NCBI RefSeq assembly: GCF_001194135.2
Contig: NC_068981.1
Span: 38,217,679 to 38,281,678 of the forward strand
Length of the DNA: 64,000 nucleotides
Source of the DNA: Octopus bimaculoides
Lineage: Eukaryota
Direction: 5' to 3'
Shown: positions 52,111 through 64,000 of the stretch, piece after piece
How positions within the stretch are numbered: the stretch's first letter is position 1
Layout of the letters: the number at the start of each line of letters is the position of its first letter
Program-made: the position numbers and the translations under genes
Notes under the pieces: model-generated
Databases searched by the model: none
What the model saw: the letters and a program-made list of their open reading frames with translations, nothing else
Told to the model about the DNA's origin: nothing

Positions 52111-53253
52111 CGTATGTATCGGCACAGGCAAGGCTGTGTAGTTAAGAAGTTTGCTTCTCAACTACATGCCACTTTGGGCAAGTATCTTTGAAAGAATCCC
52201 CTTATGTGTGTGTATGTGTGTTTGTTTGTGTGTGTGTTCATGTGTGTGTGTGTGTGTCTCCTTGTCTTGACATCATGTGATAGTTGTAAACAAATATCAC
52301 CTAAGCAGTGTCATTTATTTCTAATATTTTGTGGAAATGTCTGGTCATGGAGAAATATTACCAATCTTGAAAACAGGAGAGTGTTGGTGATGATAAGGAC
52401 ATTCAACAATAGAATATCTACCCCAATAAATTCCATCTGGCTCATGAAAGGATGGAAAAGTAGACATTAAAACAATGATGAATATTTCCCACATTAAAAT
52501 CGACTGTGAAGAACAAAAAAATTGTCATTTTTTTTTTGTTTACTTTCCTGAATGATAATGTAGTTACCTTTCTCAGTTCAAATTAATTCATAGAGTAGTA
52601 TTTGAAATAGAATTTACTTCAATAAGCTAATAATTTAAGAGTTCAATATGTATCTACAACTCTTCTACACAATGGAGTACGTTTTCTTTTTATATATTTC
52701 CATCCATTTTCACATGTTTCTATCAATATTTCCACCAGATTTTTCTCCATGGTTACAACTATATTTTTATTTGATAATATATGTATGTGAAAATTTATAT
52801 ATATAAAATTAACAAAAAAAAATGAAGAAAATATATAACTGAAAATTCTTTATTTCTGAAAAAATATAATTAAAATAGCAATGGAACTGTTATTTATATC
52901 AATTTTAATTTGATAATGTTTTGGCTATGATAAGATTTCATATTCACCTTTTGATAAAATGTTGTGGATAAGCATATCAATCAAATTCATTAACAAAACA
53001 GATTACACATCTGTCACGTTATCTTTTGTTTAATGAAAACTATCACTGTTTATGTGGACGGTAATGAAAATTAAATAAAAGTAAAATAAGAAAGGAAGTT
53101 CACTGTTTGGAAAGAATCAATTTAATTTAGCAAGTAATGCAGAAATATTAATAAACTTTATCTGGATTGGATATAATCTTCACTGAGATAATGGTACCAT
53201 TGAAGATATAATAGATTAACATATATATATATATATATATATGGAAACACATA

Positions 53254-53300
53254 CAGTAGAACCTCGGTTTATGAATGTAATTCATTCCTGAAAGTCACAC
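53254..53300 (+). mobile_element. Tigger/pogo-like left TIR fragment
   Basis: TA|cagtagaacctcggtttatgaatgtaattcattcc. Confidence 0.55.
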
Positions 53301-53892
53301 TCTACCACAACGAACCAAACTACGCTTCTACATCCCTTCTCTTCCTCACATTTCTGCTGCATCTACTATGATTACCTCCCACTCCCCAATCTTGTCCTCT
53401 TGGCCCAGAGCCGCTGTATCATTGCTCTGTGCTTGCCCCCGACTTGTGCATTCTACCCACATGTTTTGTCTCACTCTTTTATTGCATCTGCTAGCCCCTG
53501 ACCTTGGTGTTCCACCCTCATGTAACAAGAAAACTTTTCCCTCACTCTACCCCAACAAACCAATTTACATCTCTTCACTTTCTCGCATTTCCTCCTTCAT
53601 TCACTATGCCTAGCTCTCACTCTCCAATCCTGTCTTGACACCCCTGTTCCTCTGTATCATTGCTATCCAGTAGCCCCTGCAATTTTATATACACCCAGCT
53701 CTTTTGTCACTTACTCACACTCACTTCACAAGATCCTGTCACTTATATTATGGCATTTGAACCTCAAGAGTATGCCCTGGCACTTGCCACTATCTATATC
53801 TCTCTCTTCCTTTACTCAACCATCTCATTTATACTCTGATCCCTGTTCCTAGTGAGCATGCTGGGCATTTTGCCACCATCTCCATCCTGAAT

Positions 53893-54040
53893 TAGGAAGG
53901 GCATCCAGCTGTAGAAACTCTGCCAGATCAGATTAGAGACTGGTGCAGCCTTCTGGCTTGCCAGTCCTCAGTCAAATCGTCCAACCCATGCTAGCATGGA
54001 AAGCGGACGTTAAACGATGATGATGATGATGTTGATGATG
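53893..54040 (+). mobile_element. RTE-type LINE 3' end with (GAT)n tail
   Basis: ttaggaagggcatccagctgtagaaactctgcc..catgctagcatggaaagcggacgttaaacgatgatg. Confidence 0.9.
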
Positions 54041-54984
54041 ATATATGTATGAGTGTGTGTGTGTTTCTCTTTGTCCACCACCACTGCTTGACAACTGTTG
54101 TTGGTTTCTTTATATCTATGTAATATGTAACTTAGCTGCTTGGCAAAAGAGACAGATAGTATAAGAACCAGGCTTAAAATAAGCACTGGGGTTGATTTGT
54201 TTAACTAAAAATCTCTTCATGACAGTACTCTAGCATTGCAGCAGTCTAATAACTGAAACAAGTAATAGATAAAAGATAGATTGTTATTGTTTGCAGATCT
54301 AGATGCGAACATAAGTTTTAATTATACCTTAATCTATATTTATCAATTGATTATGTAACAGAATGATTTTTCAATCATTGATTGCATAGTTTTCTGCTCA
54401 TTTATCACAACAAAATTTCAGCTTCTGTTAGATAATATTAACACTATTTGTAGCTAAAATGAAGAAGTAGGAAACCAAGTTTGAGATTAATTAATGCAAT
54501 AGGGTTAAAGGATCATAGAGCAAAGTAATAGATGTAACACATATAATAGCGTATATTTTGGGGTGTGAAATTTATCAAAAGTGTTAGGAAAATTAGTTAA
54601 TAGCTGATTGTTTTTAGCCAGCCATGAAATTAACTGAGTAGATTGCTGACAATTATAAATACATCTGCATGTCTTTGGTTAAATATATTTAATTGGTGAA
54701 TCAATTTAAAATTTGTTCACTAGAGACACAGGCATGGTTCTGAGGCACAGGCATGACTCTGTAGTTAACAAGTTCACTTTCCAACCCCAAGCTTTCAGGT
54801 TCAGTCCCACCTTAGACAATTGTCTTCTATAACCTCAGGCTAATCAAAACATTATGAGAGGATTTGATAAATGGAAAGGAACCAGTTTTATACATACATA
54901 CATACATACATACATACATACATACATTCATACAAGGGGTTGCTTATTTCAAGCAATACTGTTGCTTTAGTGATGTATATATTT

Positions 54985-55345
54985 AACATTTTGGTTGAAA
55001 AATTGCTAACAAGCCACTCTGCTGGGCTCAAATCTCATTTGCAAACCCATGGAAAACGAACCTCCACCAGCTATTCTGCCTATATGTCTGCACACACCTT
55101 TCAATGCAATGTATGCCAGAGCGACTGAAAATCTAATGGAGGCCTCAAAAGACATTCTAAGATCCACAAAGATCAGAAATTAACTGAAGTTCTTGGTGGT
55201 CCAAAACAGATATGTAATCTATGTGGGTGTCTTTTCAAAACATTGTCTGGTTTAAAAAACCACATCAAATGCCATGATGGTTCTAAGGTGCAGGTACAGG
55301 AGGTGGTCAAACTCTGCATAAGGAGTAAACAACCATCATATATAT
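54985..55345 (+). mobile_element. RTE LINE 3' end encoding three C2H2-type fingers
   Basis: ..SAGLKSHLQTH..FQCNVCQSD*KSNGGLKRHSKIH..ICNLCGCLFKTLSGLKNHIKCH, then a short tail. The GLxSHxxxH finger is typical of RTE ORF2 termini. Confidence 0.65.
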
Positions 55346-55712
55346 ATATATATAGTTTATAGATGAAATCCAGATATTCTCTGTATAGAATATACTTAAT
55401 AGTGCTCAAGAAGTTTAAACTTCAGTGGGTTTAATGAGTGGATTTAATGTTTGTAGATTGATTCCCTCATAGGATGAGATGAGCCTCTATCTTTAGGAAT
55501 GAGGCTTGTCTTTGAACAAACATTATTATGAACCACCAAGCTCCCAGAAATAGTTGTTGGATTTGTAATACTTTTCTTCAACCCATTTAATTTTCTGTAT
55601 CATTGGTATTCTGTGTAAATCAGACCTTTTTATATGTATACATATATACAGTTTTTGTATTTCCTGTGTTTAATATATTGATCTGTCTAACTTGCTTATA
55701 TCTACATTTACT

Positions 55713-55771
<59 letters not shown>

Positions 55772-57224
55772 GTATGTATGTATGTATGTATGCTTACACA
55801 TGCACACATATTTATGTGTTTGCAAGAGTGTATGAATGTCTGAATGCTTATATCATTTTATCTTGACAGTATGTAATTGCTGTAAAATATGCTCCTCGGT
55901 CATACAAGTGTTATATTTTTGTTTCCAGTCTTTTGTGAAAACACGCCCAGCCATGAGAAATATTGTCTGTTTGGAAACAAGTAAGGGTTGTCAACAGGAA
56001 TGCATCCAGCCATGGAAAATCTAACTCAATGATTTCCATCAGCCCCATTCATGCATGGAAGAAAAGTGGATGATGAAATGACAATGATCATGTGGCTGCC
56101 TGTGCTGCTACTGCTGATGATGATGGTGAGAACTGATTTAAAAAGAAGAGTGTTTCCTAAGATAATTTTTCATAATTTATTATCCAGGTATATATAAGTT
56201 TGGATGGTAGGTGAGTTCTTGCATAAACTAACAACTGAATCTCAATGTGACCTCTTGATCTGCTAGAAAAAGCAGATAAAATCTCTCTTAAATCACACCC
56301 TACTGTCTTAAAAAATGAAAAATGCATCGGATAACAGTCTAGGGAAAACAGTTTAGATGATCATGCTGAAAAGCATTTCATCTTAGGTTAGCTTTTCTCA
56401 AGGCTGAGCTGAGGATAAACAATTGTAACACCAATAAGAGATAAATATATATAATTGTTGCTTTGTTATTTGCTAAACAAATTTGCCTCAATCTGTTAAC
56501 ATGCTCATACTCCTGACCCTTCTCTATGTTTCTCTCTTTCCCTCTGGTACGAAGAGTACATATACAGAGAGAGAGAAACCCTTGCATAACCAAATTTTAT
56601 AGTACGATGTATGAATAGGTTTGTGATAGCAATAAATTTTATTACACCCAAAATCTAATATTTAGATCTTGTAACCATTTCAACAATATGCACTAGACAG
56701 TGTGTGTAACTGTGATGAATTGTCTACAGTTGATTTATACAGAGAGTGGAAAGGAAGAGATTATGAAAAACTAAAACTTATTATAAAATGCTGTTCTATA
56801 CAGCAGTCATCTTTTACAGACAATTTTAGCCATAACTACATGTCTGTGACTATATACAGCTAAGCAATATGCATAATATATGTTGGAGCGATGTCAACTA
56901 CTTGATTTAAGTTTAATTGCTCTCAGTGGTGTAGCATGGCTTCTCAGCACCCCTTGGCAAGGATACTCTTGGCACCTTTACCTTAATTAACAGGTATGAG
57001 AGGGCAAAGGAAATCTTGTGCACGTTTACACTTGTGCCCAGTAGGGGTGACATCTACACCTTTGATTACTATGGTATAGGCAATTTTCTATGGAGAGTGG
57101 CTCAATGAAAGATTAATTTACCTTGCTCATTATAGTCCCAAGTGTGAATTTTGTCTAAGCTCACTTCACTTTTTATTATCTAAGGCCAACAGATTAATAT
57201 AGTGACAACTAGTCATATAAATAT

Positions 57225-57256
<32 letters not shown>

Positions 57257-58289
57257 AAGAGAGAGAGAGAAAGAGAGAGAGAGAGATAGGTGCTAGAAAG
57301 CAACTTATCTAGTCAAACAGAATTGTCTAATTCATGCCAGATTATAACGTTATGTATGCCAAATACATCAAGCTGCTTTGGATTGTAGAATTTCTCCATA
57401 ACTAAAAAACACACTATGGAGCATAATGCCATTATTAAAATATAAGAGCAAAATCTATAGCAATATTTGAAAACAGCTCAGAATCCTGTTCAGTATTAAA
57501 TCACATTCAATGCTAAATCATTTTTTAAATTCTTTATTTGTTAATCTGTGCAAATTTGTTTAATGAAGCAGAGAAATTTATGATAAAAGCTAAACAATTA
57601 AAAATTTTTCTCTAATAACATTTAAGAAGATTAATAAACAGGAATGTTACTGATAAAATACAATCCTCTTTTTTTCTTTTTTAACCCCTTCATAATGAAC
57701 TGAGATTGGTATAGTCAGATTTTTTTAAGTGCCCTGCAGCAACTAATTATTTTTGTAGTTTGAATTCTGGAGATTTAATCCTATAATTTAAAGAGAAAAC
57801 TAAAAGGAAGAAATTGAAAATTAATTTACAACTGATTAAATAGATTAATTGATTGGAAATAAGGTATACACAATTGTTCTTTGAAAGTATCGGCAGCCAT
57901 TATTTATACCTATGCTTAAATGACAAAACAACAGTATAAAGAAATTCTAAAAATTCTAAATTCTAGTTATAGAACAAGAAAAAGAATGGAAAACCTTCTT
58001 CAACAAAAGAAAAAGTAAAACTTATCTATAATTGAAACTGGAGAATTATTTTTAAATTTCTGAGATAAAATTGAAAGATAATTGGTGCTTTTTATTTTCA
58101 GATAGACAAATATCCTTCAACTATATTGTATGGTTTCATAGTTTTCACTTCAGGAGGCATTATTTGTAAATATTTTATATTTGTAATTTACTACAGTAAC
58201 AGCCAGAAATTTGCTACTACATTTAAGCAGAAACTCTTTATATAAGTTACATTGTCATCATTTAATAGTTCTAGCTACCTGTTAATATT

Positions 58290-59620
58290 TAGGGCTGATG
58301 AAACAATATTATTTTCTTGGTAATTGTGGTGGTGATTCTGTTTTTGAACTGTTGAGGAAAATAAAGTCAAGATGGTTCCATTATATTCTATAGAATGCTT
58401 TCAAGGTCTTTGTTTAATTTGTGCATGTTTGGCCTGAAGTATCTTGACTGCATACAGACAATGTTTGGGTGTACTTAGTCTGTATATGTTTGGCATGAGG
58501 TGAGGAGGTTATGCTTGAGTGTGGAAGTTTAAGAGCAGCAGCATCTATACAGGACTTGGCATTATTGGCAGTGACAACAGTTAAGTCTTAGAAACACAAG
58601 AGGAAGAATATTAAGGACAAACTCAATCTGTTAGATTGTGGGTCACATGGATCTCCGTCAGTTTGAACTGCAATGGTGTTAACTCAAAAACTTAAGGACC
58701 CTAAAGATGAGAGACGGATGAAGTACATAAGCTTACCTAAGAAATTTGCATATCAGACATGGTCAAGTTCTTTGTTGATGTAAAGCACATTGCCATCATT
58801 GTTTTGATCTAACTAACTCAAAGGCGAAGATCCATTAGAGAGTGACATAGAAGTGTAGAACTTCAGTAAAGTAAGCTGTACTGACGGTTGTTAAAAGAGG
58901 ATAGGGTTTCTCAGGCTGGAAGAAAATGTTTTTTAATGATTGTTCCTATCAACTTTGAAATGTCAGTATTGATTGTATCATTAGAGTTAATGTTCTTTTT
59001 TAAGAATGAAAGTAAGATCAAAGAAATTGACAGTTTTATAAGCTAGCTTTGGAGAGCATTGTTTGAACACATTAGCAATGACTTTAACAGGCTTTCTTGG
59101 TTTAAAATGTCTACAGGAATTTTTGCAGTTACAGCTTATATGTAAATGGTGGGGAACCTCTTGGTGAAGAGACAGATAGTTTTGAATGAGATTTACTTCA
59201 TTTGTGTAGTGCAGAGTTGGGAACATGGTGGATAGCAAATATGGATGCATTTTTTGCAGGAGTACTTCTTACTGGATAATCATTGCTGAGAAGCTGAAAG
59301 AAAGACAATTGCACAAAATAATGAGTATTTTGGTAAGGTTTTAAAATTGTAATCTGTAATTTGGTGGGTCATAGAACCTGCAGGTTGTGCAGTGCCTGGA
59401 AACATCCTTTATATTCAAGTGATAATTTTTCAGTTGCTTTGGTGGTGGGTGAAAGCTGCAGTGGTGAACCTGCTTAGGATATTTGGAGTTACGAATTTGG
59501 TCTTTTTAGTTTAGTGAATGATGTAGAAGAAGACAACTTTGAGATAAGCTTCAGATACCACTCAGGTGTTTCTGCTGGGCAGTGGCAAAGTATAAGTATT
59601 GCTTGAACTACAGATTTCTG
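58290..59620 (-). mobile_element. Heavily decayed, rearranged Penelope-like element
   Basis: Minus-strand islands KTVNFFDLTF, ISKLIGTIIKKHFLP and NDGNVLYINKELDH. Confidence 0.55.
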
Positions 59621-59739
59621 ATTAATCAGTTAATAGGTTTGATCAGATGTTTCCAAATCACAGATATTTTTAAGATTGATATTGTATAAAATATAGTCCA
59701 TGAATGCAGGTGCAATGCATGTATGTTTGTGTGTGTGTG

Positions 59740-59774
<35 letters not shown>

Positions 59775-60149
59775 ACGCGCGCATAGTCATTTTCTTAAAA
59801 AATGCTGTCTGCTAAATACTGAGATTGTCACATTAAACATTTATCCTCGAATGAATTAATAATATTTCAATTTGCAAAATACTGGAATGCACATTTAGAT
59901 TCAATGTAACAACAGGTGAATAAATTGAATAAGAGATATATTATTTTATGCAGTGAAATCAAAACAGATTTGGTTTGATTTTTCACAAGTAAGTCAAGAG
60001 GAATATTAAATTAGTGCATATACATTATCATTTTCTGTTTGCCTCATTCAAATAAAATATCATTAAATACTATTAAGAATGAATATACCTACTGATCATC
60101 CAGCAACTACATCATCCTCAGAGTGATTAGGATGAACAATATCATCATT

Positions 60150-62450
60150 ATCATTACAATATAAAATGTACTAAACATCTTAATGCTACCAAAAGGCTCA
60201 TGCATGTTTCCTACAAGTTCCATTAAAGGCAACTCTTTTTTTAATGGATATTTATAACGTTTGGTAAGTCATTTAAAGCCAAAACTCAGTATCTCATCCA
60301 TAAAATGTTCTATATCAACTCTTTTGTCAGTATCACAGATTGTAATTGTTGTGTGGACGCCCCGAAGTGAAGAAGTAGGATCGCCCAAGACATATAAATA
60401 GAGGTAGTCTGACCGTGGTAGGGAATTGAGTAGCCGTCGTGTAGCAGTTGAGTAGAGATCATCCGAAGCTGCTAGATAGCAGTAGCTTGAGACATAACAG
60501 TAATCTATGCACTTGATTTTCATCTTTGTCTTTCCCAATTTCATAGTGTCTTCTTCCTGGTGGATATAAAGCAAAGTTTCAACTCAAATAATTCTTGACA
60601 AAAACTCACCAACTCTGAACCCTAACAGGACCTAATCTTATTTCATCCATTTTGTATTATAATGTTACCCATTTTTGGAAGTCATGCTGTATAATCGTTC
60701 AGTTTGTCCTGAAGCTAACATATTATCAAACATGATCTATGTCTGTAAGATATATTAAAATTGTATAGATTCTTTAAGATAAATCAGCATAGATAAACTT
60801 TGCTTCTCTCACAACTCTTTCTCAAACCTTTTCTTTTAAATACTTCAAATATTTAGAACTTATCTGATACAATATCAACTTGCATCACAAAATTCAGTTT
60901 TACTTATTTGTTTAGATTCTTCTATATTTGGTTTGCTTTGTAAGTTCTGTTAAATTGTACATCTTCTATCAACTGAGATTTATTTCCCTTGTAACCAACT
61001 GCAAATATATCAACTAAAATTTATGCCAGAAATTATTCTTCAGTAATCTATCAGTGGGGATGATGGCTGTCGAGTAACATAGGATGTGGATTTTACAAAT
61101 GTGACAAATGTCAAACTCATGTCAACAAAGTAAGCAAGTGTCAGACATTAGTCTTGACAGCAGAATATATAATTATAAACTTTCTTATAAATATCACTCA
61201 ATGAATATTTTAAGCAAATCAGCATAAACTGATCTAATGATACCTTGTGCTCTGATCATTAATGCTTCATTTGAAAAGAGTGATTTCTCTTGTGCTTCAG
61301 AAAGCATTCCCCTGAAATATGATGGCTCCTTTATGCATTCCAGAGAAAATTCAATGGAAGTCTATAAAATTTCATTGAACATTCCTCACTTATCAACTAT
61401 TCTCTATCTGAACCAATACAAATGCTTGTCAGTTATAATGCAAATAGCACAGATTTTTCTTTGCAGAAGATTCCTTTCCTTCAATTAAAATGAAAATCAC
61501 TCTCCTCCAGCTGTCAACCCTCCGGAATTCTTGCCCTCAGACTTTGCATTATCATTCATTTCTTAAAATTACATCTTTCAATGTATACTTAATTTTCTCC
61601 AAGATTGAAAAAGCACCAATTCAGTTAGGAAACAACTATCATGTTTCCTTTGCATAAATCATAGTGCATTAAGGAAATATTTGAAAATATTAACACATGT
61701 AAAGATTAGTAAATGATCTGACAAACTTAATTACTTCCTAAATTATACTTAACAATGCACATAAATATCATACTTGAAAATATAGCTAAATAATTTTGCC
61801 TGTTATTTATTTAATTATTTCTGTATGATCTTAGTCATAAACAGTGATTCTTCAAACATGATTAAATACACATTTAGACAGAAATATGGAATGACTTACA
61901 AAATAAAATGTAAAATTCTCATAGGAACATGAGGAAAGTCAATAATCAGATAAGATATAAAAACTAAATTATGGACAAAAGCGTCCCAAAATTTTGTTTG
62001 ACTGAGTCATACTTTTCCTGCATAAGATTTGAGTAATGAGAAAAGAATTCACATGCAATATCTTAAAAATGACTGGAAACATTAAATGTCTGGATTTGCT
62101 CCAGCCATTTTATTAGACTTTCCCATTTGCCATTCACAATTAGTGTTATGTCAGATATTTTGAAATGTGTCGGTCTTATGAGAGCCTAGGAAATTTCTTT
62201 AGCCTCAATTTTATTTTACCTGATAATTCTTCTTTGTCACAATATGCATCTTTCAATGTTTTATTGATGCTGCTCTGGATTTCCTGGCTGCAAATATTGT
62301 CAAGAATGTAAGGATGGTTCAGATGAACAACATACAAGTAATATATTTAGTTTCATCCTTTTTAATTACAAGTTCACAATTATCCAGGCTTAGTCTCATC
62401 TTTAATCCACCAACAAAATTGTGACTATTATTAATACTTTACCCATACAA
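60150..62450 (-). mobile_element. Ancient RTE/CR1-type LINE ORF2 fossil with many stops and frameshifts
   Basis: Ordered RT-like islands on the minus strand: EVIKFVRSFTNLYM; CTMIYAKE..LFPN.IGAFSILEKI; SLRARI..QLEESDFHF..RKG..VLFAL; NFLWNA.RSH; VTRQPSSPL; KYLKYL..ERVVREAKFIYADLS.RI; KMDEIRL. Confidence 0.55.
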
Positions 62451-62879
62451 AGTGATACATAGCCTAGTAAAAAATAAATCACTATAATATTGGACATATT
62501 TAATACCGCTCTCTATACTTTGTACTATGCATCAGGTTATTGATAATGCAGTTACTATTATTGTAAAAACAAACTGTTGATACTATTGAAGTTATTATTA
62601 CTATATTGTATGTCGCTATCACTATTGTTGAGGTTGCAATCATTGCTAACTTTGGTTCAGCTTCAGAAGTTATTTCTTTTGATATACTCAATGCTTTTAT
62701 TATTATTGATGTTATTTAAGTTACTGATGTTGCTATAACTATTATTAAGTTGATTCAGTGATGGTGAACTGAGTATATACAAGTAATATTTTCTTCAACA
62801 TATGCATAGTTTCATTAAAACAAATAAAACATTGTAAAATAGTAAGAGAGTGATTATCTGGTTGATCATGTTGCTGATT

Positions 62880-63000
62880 CTCAATGCTGCTGGGGTCAAC
62901 TTTGCCTTTGAACCTTCAGGGTCGATAAAATAAACATTAGTTAAGCACTGGGATCGATTCAATCAACTGAGTCCCTCCCCCAAAATTGCTGGCCTTATTA
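62880..63000 (+). mobile_element. SINE family A, 3' half
   Basis: ggggtcaactttgcctttg..gggtcgataaaataa..agcactgggatcgattcaatc..aaattgctggcc. Confidence 0.75.
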
Positions 63001-63152
63001 TTATTATTATTTAGTGAGAAAGCACTGCATGTCATCAAATTGATGATGGAATACAAATATACAAAGCGCAATACACCCATCATGACTACTTGTCTGATAA
63101 GGTTGCTTTAGGCACATTCATCACAACCATACATGCATGACATGGTGACCTT

Positions 63153-63312
63153 CATCATCATCATCATCATCATCGTTTAACGTCCGCTTTCCATGCAAGC
63201 ATGGGTTGGACGATTTGACTGAGGACTGGTGAAACCGGATGGCAACACCAGGCTCCAGTCTGATTTGGCAGAGTTTCTACAGCTGGATGCCCTTCCTAAC
63301 GCCAACCACTCA
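63153..63312 (-). mobile_element. Young RTE-type LINE 3' end inserted into another repeat
   Basis: Differs at one position in ~139 nt from the 24149-24287 copy. Confidence 0.92.
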
Positions 63313-64000
63313 TCAAGATAAACAGCACGTGACCTTGTAGGTGGGGTCCTTGCAGTTATAACATTAACACACTGTGTTGCTAAATCTGAGTTTACAGATG
63401 TGACACTTAGTAAATAAATTCTCTTAATTCTTTTCTAGCCATCATCGATAAGCTAAACTTTAAAATGCCATGACATTTGTTGAATCAGAAAATGAAGAAG
63501 ACAATGCAAATAAAAGGTGCTAACTATTTCAGCCAACTAAATCTACCTGAATCTAACCCAGATTAAATTTCACATATAATACCATTGTACTGAGGAAGTT
63601 CTTGAATTCACTACAACCATTTTACTATCTCTCAAAGTTAATTTGGTTAATCCTCCTCCATTGATGGGTAATTTTTATCACAAAGGTTTTCATGCATTCA
63701 TATGCTTCACATGTGAAGATTTAATTATCTGATTGTTTATCCATGTAAAATGATGTAATTTATAATGTCATTCACTTCCCCTAACATAATTAAACTGAAA
63801 AGATATTTCTATATAGAATGTGTATGGCAACTGACCAGTTGCATTCTTTGACATGGAAACTAGACCATTTGTTCCATTAGTGATTTAGTTTACAGTTCCT
63901 GGATGTAGACAACCAATCTGATTAGATTCACCCATTAATACAAAGAAAAACAATAAAAGTAATTTGCAAGATTATTAAATTAACTCATTTTAAAGACATA

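Noticed and set aside
60400-61450. Endogenous negative-strand RNA virus polymerase (DFQKW, ASDD and FAL..GSDRE resemble RdRp motifs A, C and F)
   Set aside because: The motif spacing is wrong, motif B is absent and the hits fall in different frames. The same DNA is better explained by ordered non-LTR RT motifs. A profile search against viral RdRps would settle it.
1-64000. CRISPR arrays, rRNA, operons or other prokaryotic systems
   Set aside because: There are no regularly spaced repeat-spacer arrays, rRNA-like sequence or gene-dense regions. The sequence is eukaryotic repeat-rich DNA.

Overview
AT-rich, repeat-saturated eukaryotic DNA, most likely an intron or intergenic stretch of an octopus genome. 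That is an inference from the tRNA-derived SINE families, the RTE-type LINE 3' ends with (CAT)n tails, the abundant (TA)n/(CA)n/(TAA)n microsatellites and the N-gaps at (TA)n runs. No intact protein-coding gene can be supported. Almost every ORF in the supplied track is a microsatellite, N-gap or transposon artefact. The window holds fossils of most major TE classes: at least four Penelope-like elements (PLEs), a CsRn1-type Gypsy LTR retrotransposon, several RTE-clade LINEs (one 3'-end family with near-identical, recently active copies), R4/Dong-type RLE LINE ends, two mariner fragments of one family and many modular SINEs. The most interesting signal is a set of minimal type-I hammerhead ribozyme motifs with (quasi-)palindromic helix III in three architectures: (i) inverted pseudo-LTRs of a PLE at 34.8-36.2 kb, (ii) a ~160-bp foldback mini-element made only of two outward-facing hammerheads at 41.2 kb, and (iii) a composite element with a tRNA-like Pol III head and a decayed hammerhead tail at 2.1-2.4 kb. 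A few weak candidate micro-exons of a + strand host gene are noted. TE boundaries are read by eye and approximate (tens of bp). Family assignments rest on motif recall, not database searches.
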